Assembly (NCBI GenBank): GCA_964621445.1
Contig: CAZUNO010000009.1
Coordinates: 1 to 64,000 of the forward strand
Length of the DNA stretch: 64,000 nucleotides
Origin: Candidatus Hadarchaeota archaeon
GTDB taxonomy: Archaea; CAYQAE01; CAYVLA01
Direction of reading: 5' to 3'
Shown here: positions 49,936 through 59,236 of the stretch, piece by piece
Numbering within the stretch: the first letter of the stretch is position 1
Layout of the letters: the number at the start of each line of letters is the position of its first letter
Made by a program: the position numbers and the translations under genes
The notes under the pieces: generated by a model
Database searches by the model: none
Told to the model about the DNA's origin: nothing
What the model saw: the letters and a program-made list of their open reading frames with translations, nothing else

Positions 49936-50721
49936 TTAGGGGAAGATGAACAGGACAAAAACAACATACAGGCAGCATAGGGAACAGATCATCAAGTCGC
50001 CTCTACCGAAATGGCTTTTTCTCAGATAGGTCCTTTTTCGTGACGAACCAAATCCCCGGCCTTCCATGGAAATTGAAATTTGGTCCACCCTTGTTAGCGC
50101 CGACACAAGCAAGGGGTACAACGTGTATCGGGCAACTCTCAGTAAGGTTCTTGGCCCCGGCTTATCTATCTTCAGACCCCTTGCGATCTGGGCCGTCCTC
50201 ACCGTATTGGCCTCGATCTGGAAAAGTGGTATAAACCGGAGCGCAAGTATCAGGGTGAACCCATATCGATATGGTATGCCTCTTTCCATCAGCGAGTAAG
50301 CCATTATTGAGGGATCGGTGGTTCCCACAAATACCAGGCTCGACACTATTATTATCATCAGCCTCAAGGCTATTCTGGCCCCGGTGGTGATGCCCCCGGT
50401 GGTGATAACCAGGGGACCAAGGGGTCCCAGGTCAAGACCAATCAGAGGGCCGCCGCTCCTGTTGAACAGGGCCTGGAGCAGGAACAAAACAAGACAGAGA
50501 CCGGTAATGGCCCTTATCCTCCGCATTCCGGCCATAAAACCCATTCCCGATGCCCCCACCAGTCCCAGAGTAATGAGGATAGTTAGGATCATTACCAGCA
50601 AACTGGTCGAAAACAGGGCTATCAGGCAGAAAGAGATTAGCATGACTATCTTGGAAAGAGGGTCCATTTTATGCAGAAACGAATGACCTGGAACATATCC
50701 AATTCTTCTCAATTTTTCCAC
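49936..50721 (-). CDS. ecfT: ECF transporter transmembrane T component
   Basis: SFLHKMDP, ALRFIP, AQIARG, SMEGRGF. Confidence 0.93.
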   Translation of the reverse strand: MEKLRRIGYVPGHSFLHKMDPLSKIVMLISFCLIALFSTSLLVMILTILITLGLVGASGMGFMAGMRRIRAITGLCLVLFLLQALFNRSGGPLIGLDLGPLGPLVITTGGITTGARIALRLMIIIVSSLVFVGTTDPSIMAYSLMERGIPYRYGFTLILALRFIPLFQIEANTVRTAQIARGLKIDKPGPRTLLRVARYTLYPLLVSALTRVDQISISMEGRGFGSSRKRTYLRKSHFGRGDLMICSLCCLYVVFVLFIFP

Positions 50722-52163
50722 CTGGTGGGCAGGTAATAATCCTCGCCCGACCGTTCAAGGTATCGGAAGACATCATTCGGCCTTCCTTCCCGGACTATCC
50801 TCCCTCGTCTCAGGAAAACTAATCTGCTGCAATATCGGTCAACGAAATTGGGGTCGTGGGTGGTGATCACGCAACTGGAACCGTCCTCAACTCGGGGTAT
50901 TACTACCTCCATGATCCTCTCCACGTTATCCATGTCCTGTCCTATGAAAGGTTCATCCAGGAGGTATAGTTTGGGCCTGTAAACGGCCACCGAAGCCACA
51001 TTAACCCTTCTCTTCTCCCCCGTGCTGAGGCTGTAGGGTGACTCATCGGCGTACTTGACGAGATGTAGGGACTCCAGCATCTCACCAGTCCCTCGCTCAA
51101 TCTCCCGATTCTTCATACCGAAGTTACGGGGGCCAAACTCCACCTCGCGTCTAACCGTCATCTCAACTATCTGGTGGGTTGGGTTCTGGAAGATAATTCC
51201 CACATCCCGTGATACCTCGGAGGTTGGCCCCACCATATTGCCGTCAATCAGCACCTCTCCCTGGTCAAGTTCCAGAAGTCCAACCAAACAGGCGAGGAGA
51301 GTGGTCTTTCCTGAACCATTATCACCCATGAGACCGATGATTTCCCCCCGATTTACCTCCAAGTCTATTCCCTTCAGCACCTTCTTGCCCCCTAAACTTA
51401 TGCAAGCATTTCTAGTCACCGCTAGAGGTGCGGGCCCGATTTCTCCCTCTACACCAACATCCCTCGGGTGATATTCTCTAACATGGGATGGAATGGAATG
51501 AGATACGTTGATGTGCCCTTCGGATAATTTTCCCACCTTCATTTTCCTCGGCCCCAACCAGTCATATCGATGCTCAATGAGCACTATGGTAACTCCTCTG
51601 GCGTTAAGGGAATCCAACACTACTCTAAGTTCTCTCTTTGATGGAGGATCCAGGCTGGAGGTTGGTTCATCTAAAATCAGGATCTCTGGCTCCAGGGCCA
51701 GGATGGAGGCAATGGCAACCTTCTGCTTCTCACCTCCTGATAACTCAGCTATGTTCCTGGTTATCAGATGATCCCCCTTTACCGAACGCAGTGCCCACTC
51801 AATCCGCTGTCTCATATCTGCCTCTTTCATCCCCATGTTTTCTGGGCCAAAGGCAACCTCATCCTCCACTCTCAGTGTAACTATTTGAGAATCCGGGTCC
51901 TGTTGGACTAGACCGATAACCGTGACCAGGTCCTCCCTATCACGCGAGAAAACGCTCTCCCCATCGATTCTCACATCGCCCGCCAGGTGCCCATCATCCG
52001 GGCCGAGGAAGCCCGTCGCCAGTTTTGCCAGAGTACTCTTGCCGCTACCGCTTTCGCCGGTTATTAGTATGAAATCCCCACCCCCCACCTCGAGATTCAT
52101 GTTTTTGATTACCGGTTCGGCACTTCCCGGATATCTAAAGGTGAGGTCTTTGAAATCTAACAA
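50709..52163 (-). CDS. ECF transporter fused double ATPase (A-A')
   Basis: GESGSGKS, QDPDSQ, LSGGEKQ, LDEP; second NBD GDNGSGKT, FQNP, LSTGEKR. Confidence 0.93.
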   Translation of the reverse strand: MLDFKDLTFRYPGSAEPVIKNMNLEVGGGDFILITGESGSGKSTLAKLATGFLGPDDGHLAGDVRIDGESVFSRDREDLVTVIGLVQQDPDSQIVTLRVEDEVAFGPENMGMKEADMRQRIEWALRSVKGDHLITRNIAELSGGEKQKVAIASILALEPEILILDEPTSSLDPPSKRELRVVLDSLNARGVTIVLIEHRYDWLGPRKMKVGKLSEGHINVSHSIPSHVREYHPRDVGVEGEIGPAPLAVTRNACISLGGKKVLKGIDLEVNRGEIIGLMGDNGSGKTTLLACLVGLLELDQGEVLIDGNMVGPTSEVSRDVGIIFQNPTHQIVEMTVRREVEFGPRNFGMKNREIERGTGEMLESLHLVKYADESPYSLSTGEKRRVNVASVAVYRPKLYLLDEPFIGQDMDNVERIMEVVIPRVEDGSSCVITTHDPNFVDRYCSRLVFLRRGRIVREGRPNDVFRYLERSGEDYYLPTRWKN

Positions 52164-52165
52164 TC

Positions 52166-53179
52166 TCAGATCAGCTCTATGAAGGAGATCTTGCGGACCC
52201 AAAGTGATCCATCAAGGTTATCTGCAACTAAACTAAATTCGCCCTCTTCCTCCTCCACAATTATTGTTTTATCATTTCTCACCCGTTTCAGTTCAAGCTT
52301 CACCTTATATCCATCCTCAGCAACCAGCCTCACTCCAGTTGCATTGGGTTTTGGAATGGCCTCCTCAATTACCAGAGCCAGGGGGACCCCCGTGTAGTTA
52401 CGAGGTTCAAGGTGGACGTAAGATCCCTCCAACTCCGCTTCAACGGTAATTACATCATCCCTGAAATCTTCCTCCTTGTAGCTATATGGGTTCTCGACCA
52501 GACCCCTTACCTCTATGCCCTGCCCAACACCCCAGGAGTAAACGGTGGAGTAATACCAAATTGAACCCGCTAGCAAAAGTACCACTACGATGTACCCGAT
52601 GGCAGCCACCCCTTTTGAGACTTCATCCCGGTCAGGGACGGTAACTATCCCCGAATGGATAAGGGAAGCTAGCACCCCTTTGGCAAAATAACCCGCGAAC
52701 AACACCCCGCTGGCAAATGCCAGGAGGGTTATTCCCAATATAAAGTAGATAGGTACCCCGGAAAGAAATAGCAGCTGAAAAACGAAGACATTTGATGCCG
52801 TGCTCAACCCACCTGACAACATCATGGTGAATCCCTGATTTGATTTTGATCTTAGCATCAGGACATCAACTATAAGACCCTCCACCAGGGATACGAGAAC
52901 GACTATCACCCCGTGAACGCTTCCCATAAGAAGCTCAATAACACCCTTGGAAAGGCCGGTCAGAGTGCCAGAACCATTTCTCCTGGTGGTCCCCCTGGCC
53001 AATAGTATCCAGAAAACATGGAGACCGGCCAGAAACTGGCCGGCACCGAAGGGCGTTCCCACGAAATTGTTTACCAGGTTGGCCAAATAACCTATGTAGG
53101 TGCTTGAGACCCCTCCCAGGCCACTAATCACCGCTATGGTCACAAGATCTCTGGTAGAGAAACTGGAAGGTAGCTTCAT
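52166..53179 (-). CDS. ECF S component (YkoE-like) fused to an extracellular molybdopterin-oxidoreductase-like domain
   Basis: FSTRDLVTIAVI S-component start, TM helices, then IEVRGLVENP, YTGVPL, AEDGY, WVRKISFIE. Confidence 0.8.
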   Translation of the reverse strand: MKLPSSFSTRDLVTIAVISGLGGVSSTYIGYLANLVNNFVGTPFGAGQFLAGLHVFWILLARGTTRRNGSGTLTGLSKGVIELLMGSVHGVIVVLVSLVEGLIVDVLMLRSKSNQGFTMMLSGGLSTASNVFVFQLLFLSGVPIYFILGITLLAFASGVLFAGYFAKGVLASLIHSGIVTVPDRDEVSKGVAAIGYIVVVLLLAGSIWYYSTVYSWGVGQGIEVRGLVENPYSYKEEDFRDDVITVEAELEGSYVHLEPRNYTGVPLALVIEEAIPKPNATGVRLVAEDGYKVKLELKRVRNDKTIIVEEEEGEFSLVADNLDGSLWVRKISFIELI

Positions 53180-53212
53180 GCTGAATCGCTCCCGTCCGGG
53201 TTCAACCGCTCA

Positions 53213-55105
53213 TCACTGCCCCGGTACATGATATATTATCTTTACTAAATTGCTTACCATATACTTACTTGACAGATCGCTGCCAACAACCCTCAGAGGC
53301 CCCTCATCCTCAGGCAGAACCTCGCCATCCTTCTTGTAAGCAAGAATGATATCATCATTCCTAGCAACCAGGGTGCTGTTCAAAGTCCTCGAATAACCAT
53401 CACCAGCAATGACCTCAACACCATAACCCCCAGCAGCCAGATCATCATCAAAAAGATAATGACCCTCCGGATCCATCTTACCATCCACAATACTAAGCAC
53501 AACCCACAAAGGAAAACCAGAATACATATGAGTCTCATCATGCATAGTAACCTCCACCGAGGTACGATGAGTCCCACAAGTGGCACCGGAGATGAAAGAA
53601 GACCTGTTCAACACAGCATTCACACTACCCGAAAGCTCGACATCCCAATCCTTAACAGGCTGGTTTACCACTATTTCGGCAACCTCCTTCACCCAGTAGT
53701 GACCATCGGTTATCTGTCCCGAATCGCCAACGTAACCAAGGCGGAGAGGACCTCCGCTGAAATCACTGCTTCCGTCCATTTCATAGATCAACACTCCATC
53801 AACACCCCCCATCCCGGTTTCCGTGCCCTGGCTATCATAGGTGATAACCTGACCCTCGATCTCCTCGTGGGAAAGCATCATGCTATAGCCATCTGAGGCA
53901 ATAACCTCCACGCTGTAATTTGCTGGCAGGTCTCCGGTCATTTCTATTAGAGGCTCTATGGGAGCCCCAACCACCTCGTAGGGTCCCCGAACTGTTCCTG
54001 TGACCTTCTTGAATCCCGCACTTCCCTCAATGTTCTCCATTCTGATTATGTCCGAAAGGAACAGTTGCTTAGTCTTCTCACCCTCTACCTTTAACTTCCA
54101 CAGGGTGTAGAACTCAATGCTATCCACGTCCTCAACCAAGATGCCCTCTCCCACCAAAGCGGGGGCAGCTAGGGAATCTCCATCGGCCATCTGGGCAATA
54201 ATCATCTGACTTTCAGACAGGGCCCTGCTATCCAGGCTAGTACTGTTGGCCCCTGAAACCCTTACCTCATAGCCACTTTGCGCATAACTAAGGTTGAAAG
54301 TGGAGTCACCTATTTTGGGACCACCATCCACCAGGCCAAGAATCCTGGATATCTCCAGGCCACTCCAACTTGTCCCCGACGCTCTTGTGATGTTGGTTAG
54401 ATTTCCGTACGAAAGTGATTCAAATTCCGACCTCGACAGGTCCATGGAACGGCTCCCGTTTAACGTCATCGTCCATTCGGTTTCCGGCGACCGCTCTCGC
54501 GTAATCTCGAATTTCCACGTGTCTCTAACCAAACGGGATCCAGCTGATGGATTTACGAAATATCCATGACCAGCTCCCGATGTGTATCTCACGTCGATAT
54601 TACTCAGATCCCCGTCTTCAGGTAAGAACACCGTTCTAGGGCCTTTCTCCCAACCGGGTATATCCTCTCCATCGAGGGAGAATGCGAGTATGAAATCCCC
54701 CTGAAGACTCTCCCAGTATGGGCTTGGATAAACGTTATAATAGTTATACTCCTGAAAATACCCGTCGGTACTGGAAATGGTCAGTATGTCACCAGGTTCC
54801 ATGCCCCCGACCTTTTCTACCAGTTCCGAGATCTTAACCCCTTCAAAGGTCGACGATTCTCCCCAATTACCGAGTCGATTCTCGTATCGCATATCACCGG
54901 ACATGGAATCCATATCCTTGAGCTCACTAAAGTCGAGGATAACCTCCGATCCCTCTCTCCCTATCAAGGTAATGTTTGCATAGGTCTTGTTCTCCGATTC
55001 CGAGGGACCGGAAAATAGGAACCAGACGAATCCTCCTCCTATTATTACTATGGCTACCAATATGAGGGCTAGTTGCTTTCCATTTTGATCTCCGTTACCA
55101 GACAT
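53213..55105 (-). CDS. Membrane-anchored protein with four tandem molybdopterin-oxidoreductase (sulfite-oxidase fold)-like domains
   Basis: N-terminal TM; repeated motif set GV.I/GFPL, S.DGY, LAY..DG...GPLR, WVK.V..I. Confidence 0.78.
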   Translation of the reverse strand: MSGNGDQNGKQLALILVAIVIIGGGFVWFLFSGPSESENKTYANITLIGREGSEVILDFSELKDMDSMSGDMRYENRLGNWGESSTFEGVKISELVEKVGGMEPGDILTISSTDGYFQEYNYYNVYPSPYWESLQGDFILAFSLDGEDIPGWEKGPRTVFLPEDGDLSNIDVRYTSGAGHGYFVNPSAGSRLVRDTWKFEITRERSPETEWTMTLNGSRSMDLSRSEFESLSYGNLTNITRASGTSWSGLEISRILGLVDGGPKIGDSTFNLSYAQSGYEVRVSGANSTSLDSRALSESQMIIAQMADGDSLAAPALVGEGILVEDVDSIEFYTLWKLKVEGEKTKQLFLSDIIRMENIEGSAGFKKVTGTVRGPYEVVGAPIEPLIEMTGDLPANYSVEVIASDGYSMMLSHEEIEGQVITYDSQGTETGMGGVDGVLIYEMDGSSDFSGGPLRLGYVGDSGQITDGHYWVKEVAEIVVNQPVKDWDVELSGSVNAVLNRSSFISGATCGTHRTSVEVTMHDETHMYSGFPLWVVLSIVDGKMDPEGHYLFDDDLAAGGYGVEVIAGDGYSRTLNSTLVARNDDIILAYKKDGEVLPEDEGPLRVVGSDLSSKYMVSNLVKIIYHVPGQ

Positions 55106-55111
55106 GATCAC

Positions 55112-55153
55112 ACCGATATGCACGGCCATGCATAACGGTCTTTAAACTCTTTC
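55112..55153 (-). promoter_or_regulatory. BRE/TATA with ModE-box-like operator
   Basis: The - strand reads GAAAGAGTTTAAAG immediately followed by the palindrome ACCGTTATGCA-N6-TGCATATCGGT (55112-55139). Confidence 0.7.
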
Positions 55154-55258
55154 CTACCAGTTAGGTTTGGCTCCATATCGATCATCAATGAAGGAATCCG
55201 CCATCTTTTTGAACTTCTCACAAGCGACCGGATCATCTTCAACAATGCTTTTTACCAT
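55154..55258 (-). CDS. Putative 34-aa small protein
   Basis: SD GGAGGAG, then ATG, MVKSIVEDDPVACEKFKKMADSFIDDRYGAKPNW, TAG; below the ORF-track cutoff. Confidence 0.4.
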   Translation of the reverse strand: MVKSIVEDDPVACEKFKKMADSFIDDRYGAKPNW

Positions 55259-55291
55259 TTCAACTCCTCCACCAGCCCATCATTTCACCGG

Positions 55292-55669
55292 ATGCGTGTA
55301 AAGAAAATGAAGCACCCATTGGTTGGCATCGGAGCGGCGGGAATCGTATCCACACTTGCCTTTACGCTCTTCATTCTGCCCCAGTCTCCGTCCTTCGAGG
55401 TGGGGGATGTAGTCGACACTACCATTCTTCTGAGTCTCGGATTCACCGCTCTACTTGCAGTTGGTTTGGCCAGGATGGCTAGAGGGATAAACCCCAGGAA
55501 CCAGGGCCAGTCACCCTCAACCGCGGGTTGGTCAACGAGGTGCCCGGATTGTGGTCGATTCATTGAAAGAAGGAGAACCTACTGCCCCCAATGCGGCGCT
55601 GATCTAAGGTTTGAGAGGGGAAATCCGCCGCGATCCCTGGCCTGCGAAAATTCAGATGATTCTGGTTAA
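55292..55669 (+). CDS. Small membrane protein with double-CxxC zinc ribbon
   Basis: Two TM helices, then CPDCG...YCPQCGA. Confidence 0.7.
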   Translation: MRVKKMKHPLVGIGAAGIVSTLAFTLFILPQSPSFEVGDVVDTTILLSLGFTALLAVGLARMARGINPRNQGQSPSTAGWSTRCPDCGRFIERRRTYCPQCGADLRFERGNPPRSLACENSDDSG

Positions 55670-57043
55670 AGGTAGATCGGATCTGGCAATCGGCCTGAAT
55701 TTGCTTCTCATTCTGATATTCTCAGGAGGGCAATCAATGTCCTGCAGAACGGAGAGAAATTCTCCATGTGCCGACCTTGCATCCTCTTCACGCCACTCCA
55801 TGAGGTTACATTCCTCCCCAGGATCGTTCCCCAGGTCAAAATATTCGCTTTCACACTCATCTCCACCATATACATAGAGGTAATTGGAGGTCCTAAGAGA
55901 TGTGGGAGGCCGAACTTCGCGGTCCTGAACATAGGTATGACTCGACACCGCCCATTCTCTACCCCTTTGGTTCCCACGGACCACCGGAAGCATGGATATT
56001 CCCTGTACGGTTTCCGGGATCGATGCTCCAGCTGCATCCAGTATGGTTGGCATAAGGTCTGGTGGCTGGAAGAATGCGGGACATGATCCCGGTTTTAGTC
56101 CGGGCATCCTTATGATCAAGGGGATATGGGAGATCGTCCCGTACAGGGGCCACCTCCTGGTTATCCGGTTCTCCCTGTCAAGTTCCACCTTTCCTATAAA
56201 ACCATGCTCACCATGATAGAAACCATGATCGCTAGTGAGGATGATGCAGGTTTCATCATATATACCCATGCCCTTCAAGGTGTCCAGGAGATGCCCGACC
56301 CATCGATCAACAAGACTCACTTCCCCGGCGTACATGAACATCATGTGCTTTATCTCTGAGCTAGTCGCGTAATCCGATGACTCGTATGCGGGTTCGAAAA
56401 GCTCCTGCCCTTCATATCCGGGATCATATTGATCTATATAGTATCTCGGAGGGTTCCAGGGCTCGTGTGGATCAAAAGTATCGACGGAAAGGAAGAAGGT
56501 GTCATCCAAGGAATGTATTTTCTCCAGCAGGCAGGAAGCTCGTCTCATAGTCCTCGCAACGAACCGATCCTCCTCGCATTTCCACGTGGATTCCACCTTC
56601 TTGATCCTTCGTAGCCTCTCCAAAGGCACTCTGAGCTTCCTCTTTTCGGCAGGAAGGTCGATTGCGCCCCCCTCTTCGACCTCAACTCCATGCCCGGCCT
56701 GCCCTTCTATCAATTCGAATTGCTGAAATCCTCTCCTGTGGGGTGAGTTTGATGGCGTGTCGGTAATCATGCCAGTTTGGAATCCATCCTTCTGAAGGAT
56801 CTCAGGTAGCACAGCGTGGCTCGGATCCCAGGTATCTCGCCAACTTAGGTAGGGAAAGGTGAACCTCCCGGAATACAGGTCCCTTCTCATTGGGCCAGTG
56901 GGAAAACTGGCTGCAAAGAAGTTGGTGAATGTCACCGATTCTCGGGCCAAGGAGTCTATCCGCGGGGTTCTTATCCAAGTGTTGCCATAGCAGCTCAAAT
57001 AGTCCTGTCGAAGCGAATCGCAGACGATAAGCAGGATATTCAT
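55652..57043 (-). CDS. Sulfatase-like hydrolase with Thr at the nucleophile position
   Basis: DSLRQD, RTPRID, SFPTGPMR, DPHEPW, TSDHG. Confidence 0.85.
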   Translation of the reverse strand: MNILLIVCDSLRQDYLSCYGNTWIRTPRIDSLARESVTFTNFFAASFPTGPMRRDLYSGRFTFPYLSWRDTWDPSHAVLPEILQKDGFQTGMITDTPSNSPHRRGFQQFELIEGQAGHGVEVEEGGAIDLPAEKRKLRVPLERLRRIKKVESTWKCEEDRFVARTMRRASCLLEKIHSLDDTFFLSVDTFDPHEPWNPPRYYIDQYDPGYEGQELFEPAYESSDYATSSEIKHMMFMYAGEVSLVDRWVGHLLDTLKGMGIYDETCIILTSDHGFYHGEHGFIGKVELDRENRITRRWPLYGTISHIPLIIRMPGLKPGSCPAFFQPPDLMPTILDAAGASIPETVQGISMLPVVRGNQRGREWAVSSHTYVQDREVRPPTSLRTSNYLYVYGGDECESEYFDLGNDPGEECNLMEWREEDARSAHGEFLSVLQDIDCPPENIRMRSKFRPIARSDLPLTRII

Positions 57044-57096
57044 TCAAATCACTCCTATACAGCTATCATAAATCTCAAAAGAAGACGAGACCGTCA

Positions 57097-57960
57097 TCAC
57101 ATCTCCTTGAGTGCCCTTAAACGGGATTGAATCTGGGAGATATGCTTATCTCTCGCTTCCTGCCGCATAGATGTCGCCTTCACCGTGTAGAGCTTGTCCA
57201 GAAACTGGCGCCTTGAATGGAGTTTCATGAACTCTCTAAAATCCATTTTCTCAGGGATGGCCCTTCCGCAAGTAGAACAGAGTTCCCTTTCCCTGACCCA
57301 GGTGCCGCAGAAAGGACATGTGCCGAGCTTGTTTGGCGATACCTCATCCATGGGCAGATCATTTTCTATATTCTCGATATCCATGCCAAGGGATCTAACC
57401 ACTAGTTCACACAGAAAAAATGTCTCATTGTGAAGAAAGGTCATCGAGTAGGTGAAGTTCTCATCTCTCATCGGCCTTCCACTGGTAAGAAAAGACCATC
57501 TTCTAGCCTCCTCTTTCGATATCTGTTCGGGGACAAGTGTCAGGTCGGTTACGAGGGAGGTGATGCCCTGCTTTTCAAGTATCCTGGAAATAACATACTC
57601 CAGGTGGTAGTAACATCGGATATCTCCATTAATCTCCACCGACATGGTATCCATCTGGACCCTGTGGTATCTCTTGAACTCCAAAACCAGGTTTTCCCTA
57701 ACTTCCTCCCCCAAGAGAAATTCATGCTTTATCTTTGCCCGGATCTTACGAGGAATAATGCCTTTGGTCTCCCCCTCATCCTTACCCTCGCCTTCTCTCT
57801 CAAATGCAGGAACAAGGGTCTCCGTGGACCCTCTTTGACACTCCAAACACTTCCCTCCAAATCCATGCGCCGGACAAAACCACCTGCCGCATTGACATTT
57901 TTTGAGATCAAAATCATTCCCACAGGCATAGCATTTTCTTCCCTTTCCAAAGAGCCTCAA
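57097..57960 (-). CDS. Hypothetical protein with N-terminal AN1/B-box-like Cys/His cluster and a zinc ribbon
   Basis: CYAC...CQCGRWFCPAH...CLEC; CPFCG...CSTCG. Confidence 0.65.
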   Translation of the reverse strand: MRLFGKGRKCYACGNDFDLKKCQCGRWFCPAHGFGGKCLECQRGSTETLVPAFEREGEGKDEGETKGIIPRKIRAKIKHEFLLGEEVRENLVLEFKRYHRVQMDTMSVEINGDIRCYYHLEYVISRILEKQGITSLVTDLTLVPEQISKEEARRWSFLTSGRPMRDENFTYSMTFLHNETFFLCELVVRSLGMDIENIENDLPMDEVSPNKLGTCPFCGTWVRERELCSTCGRAIPEKMDFREFMKLHSRRQFLDKLYTVKATSMRQEARDKHISQIQSRLRALKEM

Positions 57961-58054
57961 AGGAATACCACTCTAGATAAGGCTTCCTCCAATAAGAATT
58001 CCCCTTTCAACCGGGCCGGTATAGGTTTGAGTCAATGGTGGAACAGTTTACAGA

Positions 58055-58915
58055 TCACACGGGAAGACTTCTTATCGGCACATGATGGGTATCCATGGCG
58101 AATGCCTCCCCCCGGTAGGAATAGATTAAGGCGCCCCGTTGGTCTGCAACCGCTTTGGTCCACCGTTTGTAGCTGTCAATGTCCTCAACCGTTTCCGCGT
58201 AAGCATTGTCCAGAATCTCCAGCTTCGTCTCATAGGGCTCCCCGCTGATATCGCAAACAACCATCGGTGCTTGCACCTGTGATCGGTATTCAAACCTGAA
58301 GCTAGGGCTCTCATAGTAGAAAATTCCCATGGGCAGCCATGGACTAAGCACGGGGTCGGCATTGGGTCCCTTGAAAAGATCCTTCTCTAGTTGGTCCGAG
58401 GTGTAGTACTTTGCCTCCTCCAGGTAGGTGTTGCTGCCAGCGTGGTAAACCGACTCCAATACTGCCTCCGATACCGCCCGGTGAGTCCGGTGCCTATCCT
58501 CCGGGTGAGGTAAGAAGACCCATTGAGGGCGGATCTCCCGCATCTTGTTTGCTAACTTGCCGATTATCTCGTCATTAAACCCGGAATCGATATCGAAGTC
58601 AAGACACCTAGAATTAACCTCATCACACCCCAGGGACTGGAGTGCCTTGTCGAATTCCTCCAGCCTTCTCTTCTCGGCGCCCTTGACAAGAAGAACGATG
58701 ATCTGGGATCCGTGGAACCTTGCGTATTTGTATATCATCCCCCCACATGAGATGGTTTCGTCGTCCGGGTGAGGAGAAAAAACCAGTATCCTCTCGGGCA
58801 CCAGGATGGGAATCTCTTCGTACTCCCTTCCAAAAACCTTGGCAGCACCCGGATTAAAGTTCACCCTTATGGTCTTGAATGGCTTGAAACTCAACGGATC
58901 ATCTCCTGAATTCAA
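58055..58915 (-). CDS. PIG-L/LmbE family deacetylase
   Basis: FSPHPDDE..SCGG, R.EEF..A, DRHRTH, GEAF. Confidence 0.9.
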   Translation of the reverse strand: MNSGDDPLSFKPFKTIRVNFNPGAAKVFGREYEEIPILVPERILVFSPHPDDETISCGGMIYKYARFHGSQIIVLLVKGAEKRRLEEFDKALQSLGCDEVNSRCLDFDIDSGFNDEIIGKLANKMREIRPQWVFLPHPEDRHRTHRAVSEAVLESVYHAGSNTYLEEAKYYTSDQLEKDLFKGPNADPVLSPWLPMGIFYYESPSFRFEYRSQVQAPMVVCDISGEPYETKLEILDNAYAETVEDIDSYKRWTKAVADQRGALIYSYRGEAFAMDTHHVPIRSLPV

Positions 58916-59127
58916 CCCTCCCTTTGTTTTCTCCCCTTAATGAGTTTACCCATCCTCTCATGCAGAAATAAGCCGTAGACGATTAGACCCAGACCAATTA
59001 TGAAGAGTATGTAAAGGACCACGGTTATCGCCCCCTCGTAATCACCAGCCCTTCCCTTCATGAGCAAGGCCATTATTATACCCAGGATAAGGAACAGTCC
59101 CAGCTCCTGAAGTTCCTTCGGGTCCAA
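58912..59127 (-). CDS. Small two-TM membrane protein
   Basis: Two hydrophobic helices and a basic tail; its stop overlaps the start of the PIG-L gene (TTGA). Confidence 0.65.
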   Translation of the reverse strand: MDPKELQELGLFLILGIIMALLMKGRAGDYEGAITVVLYILFIIGLGLIVYGLFLHERMGKLIKGRKQREG

Positions 59128-59236
59128 GGCAATTACCGGTTGTCTCTCTGTCCTATTGTATATATTTTCATCCTCCCGGATGGTCCCCGAAACGGGTCCG
59201 ATAAATTATTATTCGGACACCCAGGTTCTTCCAGTG

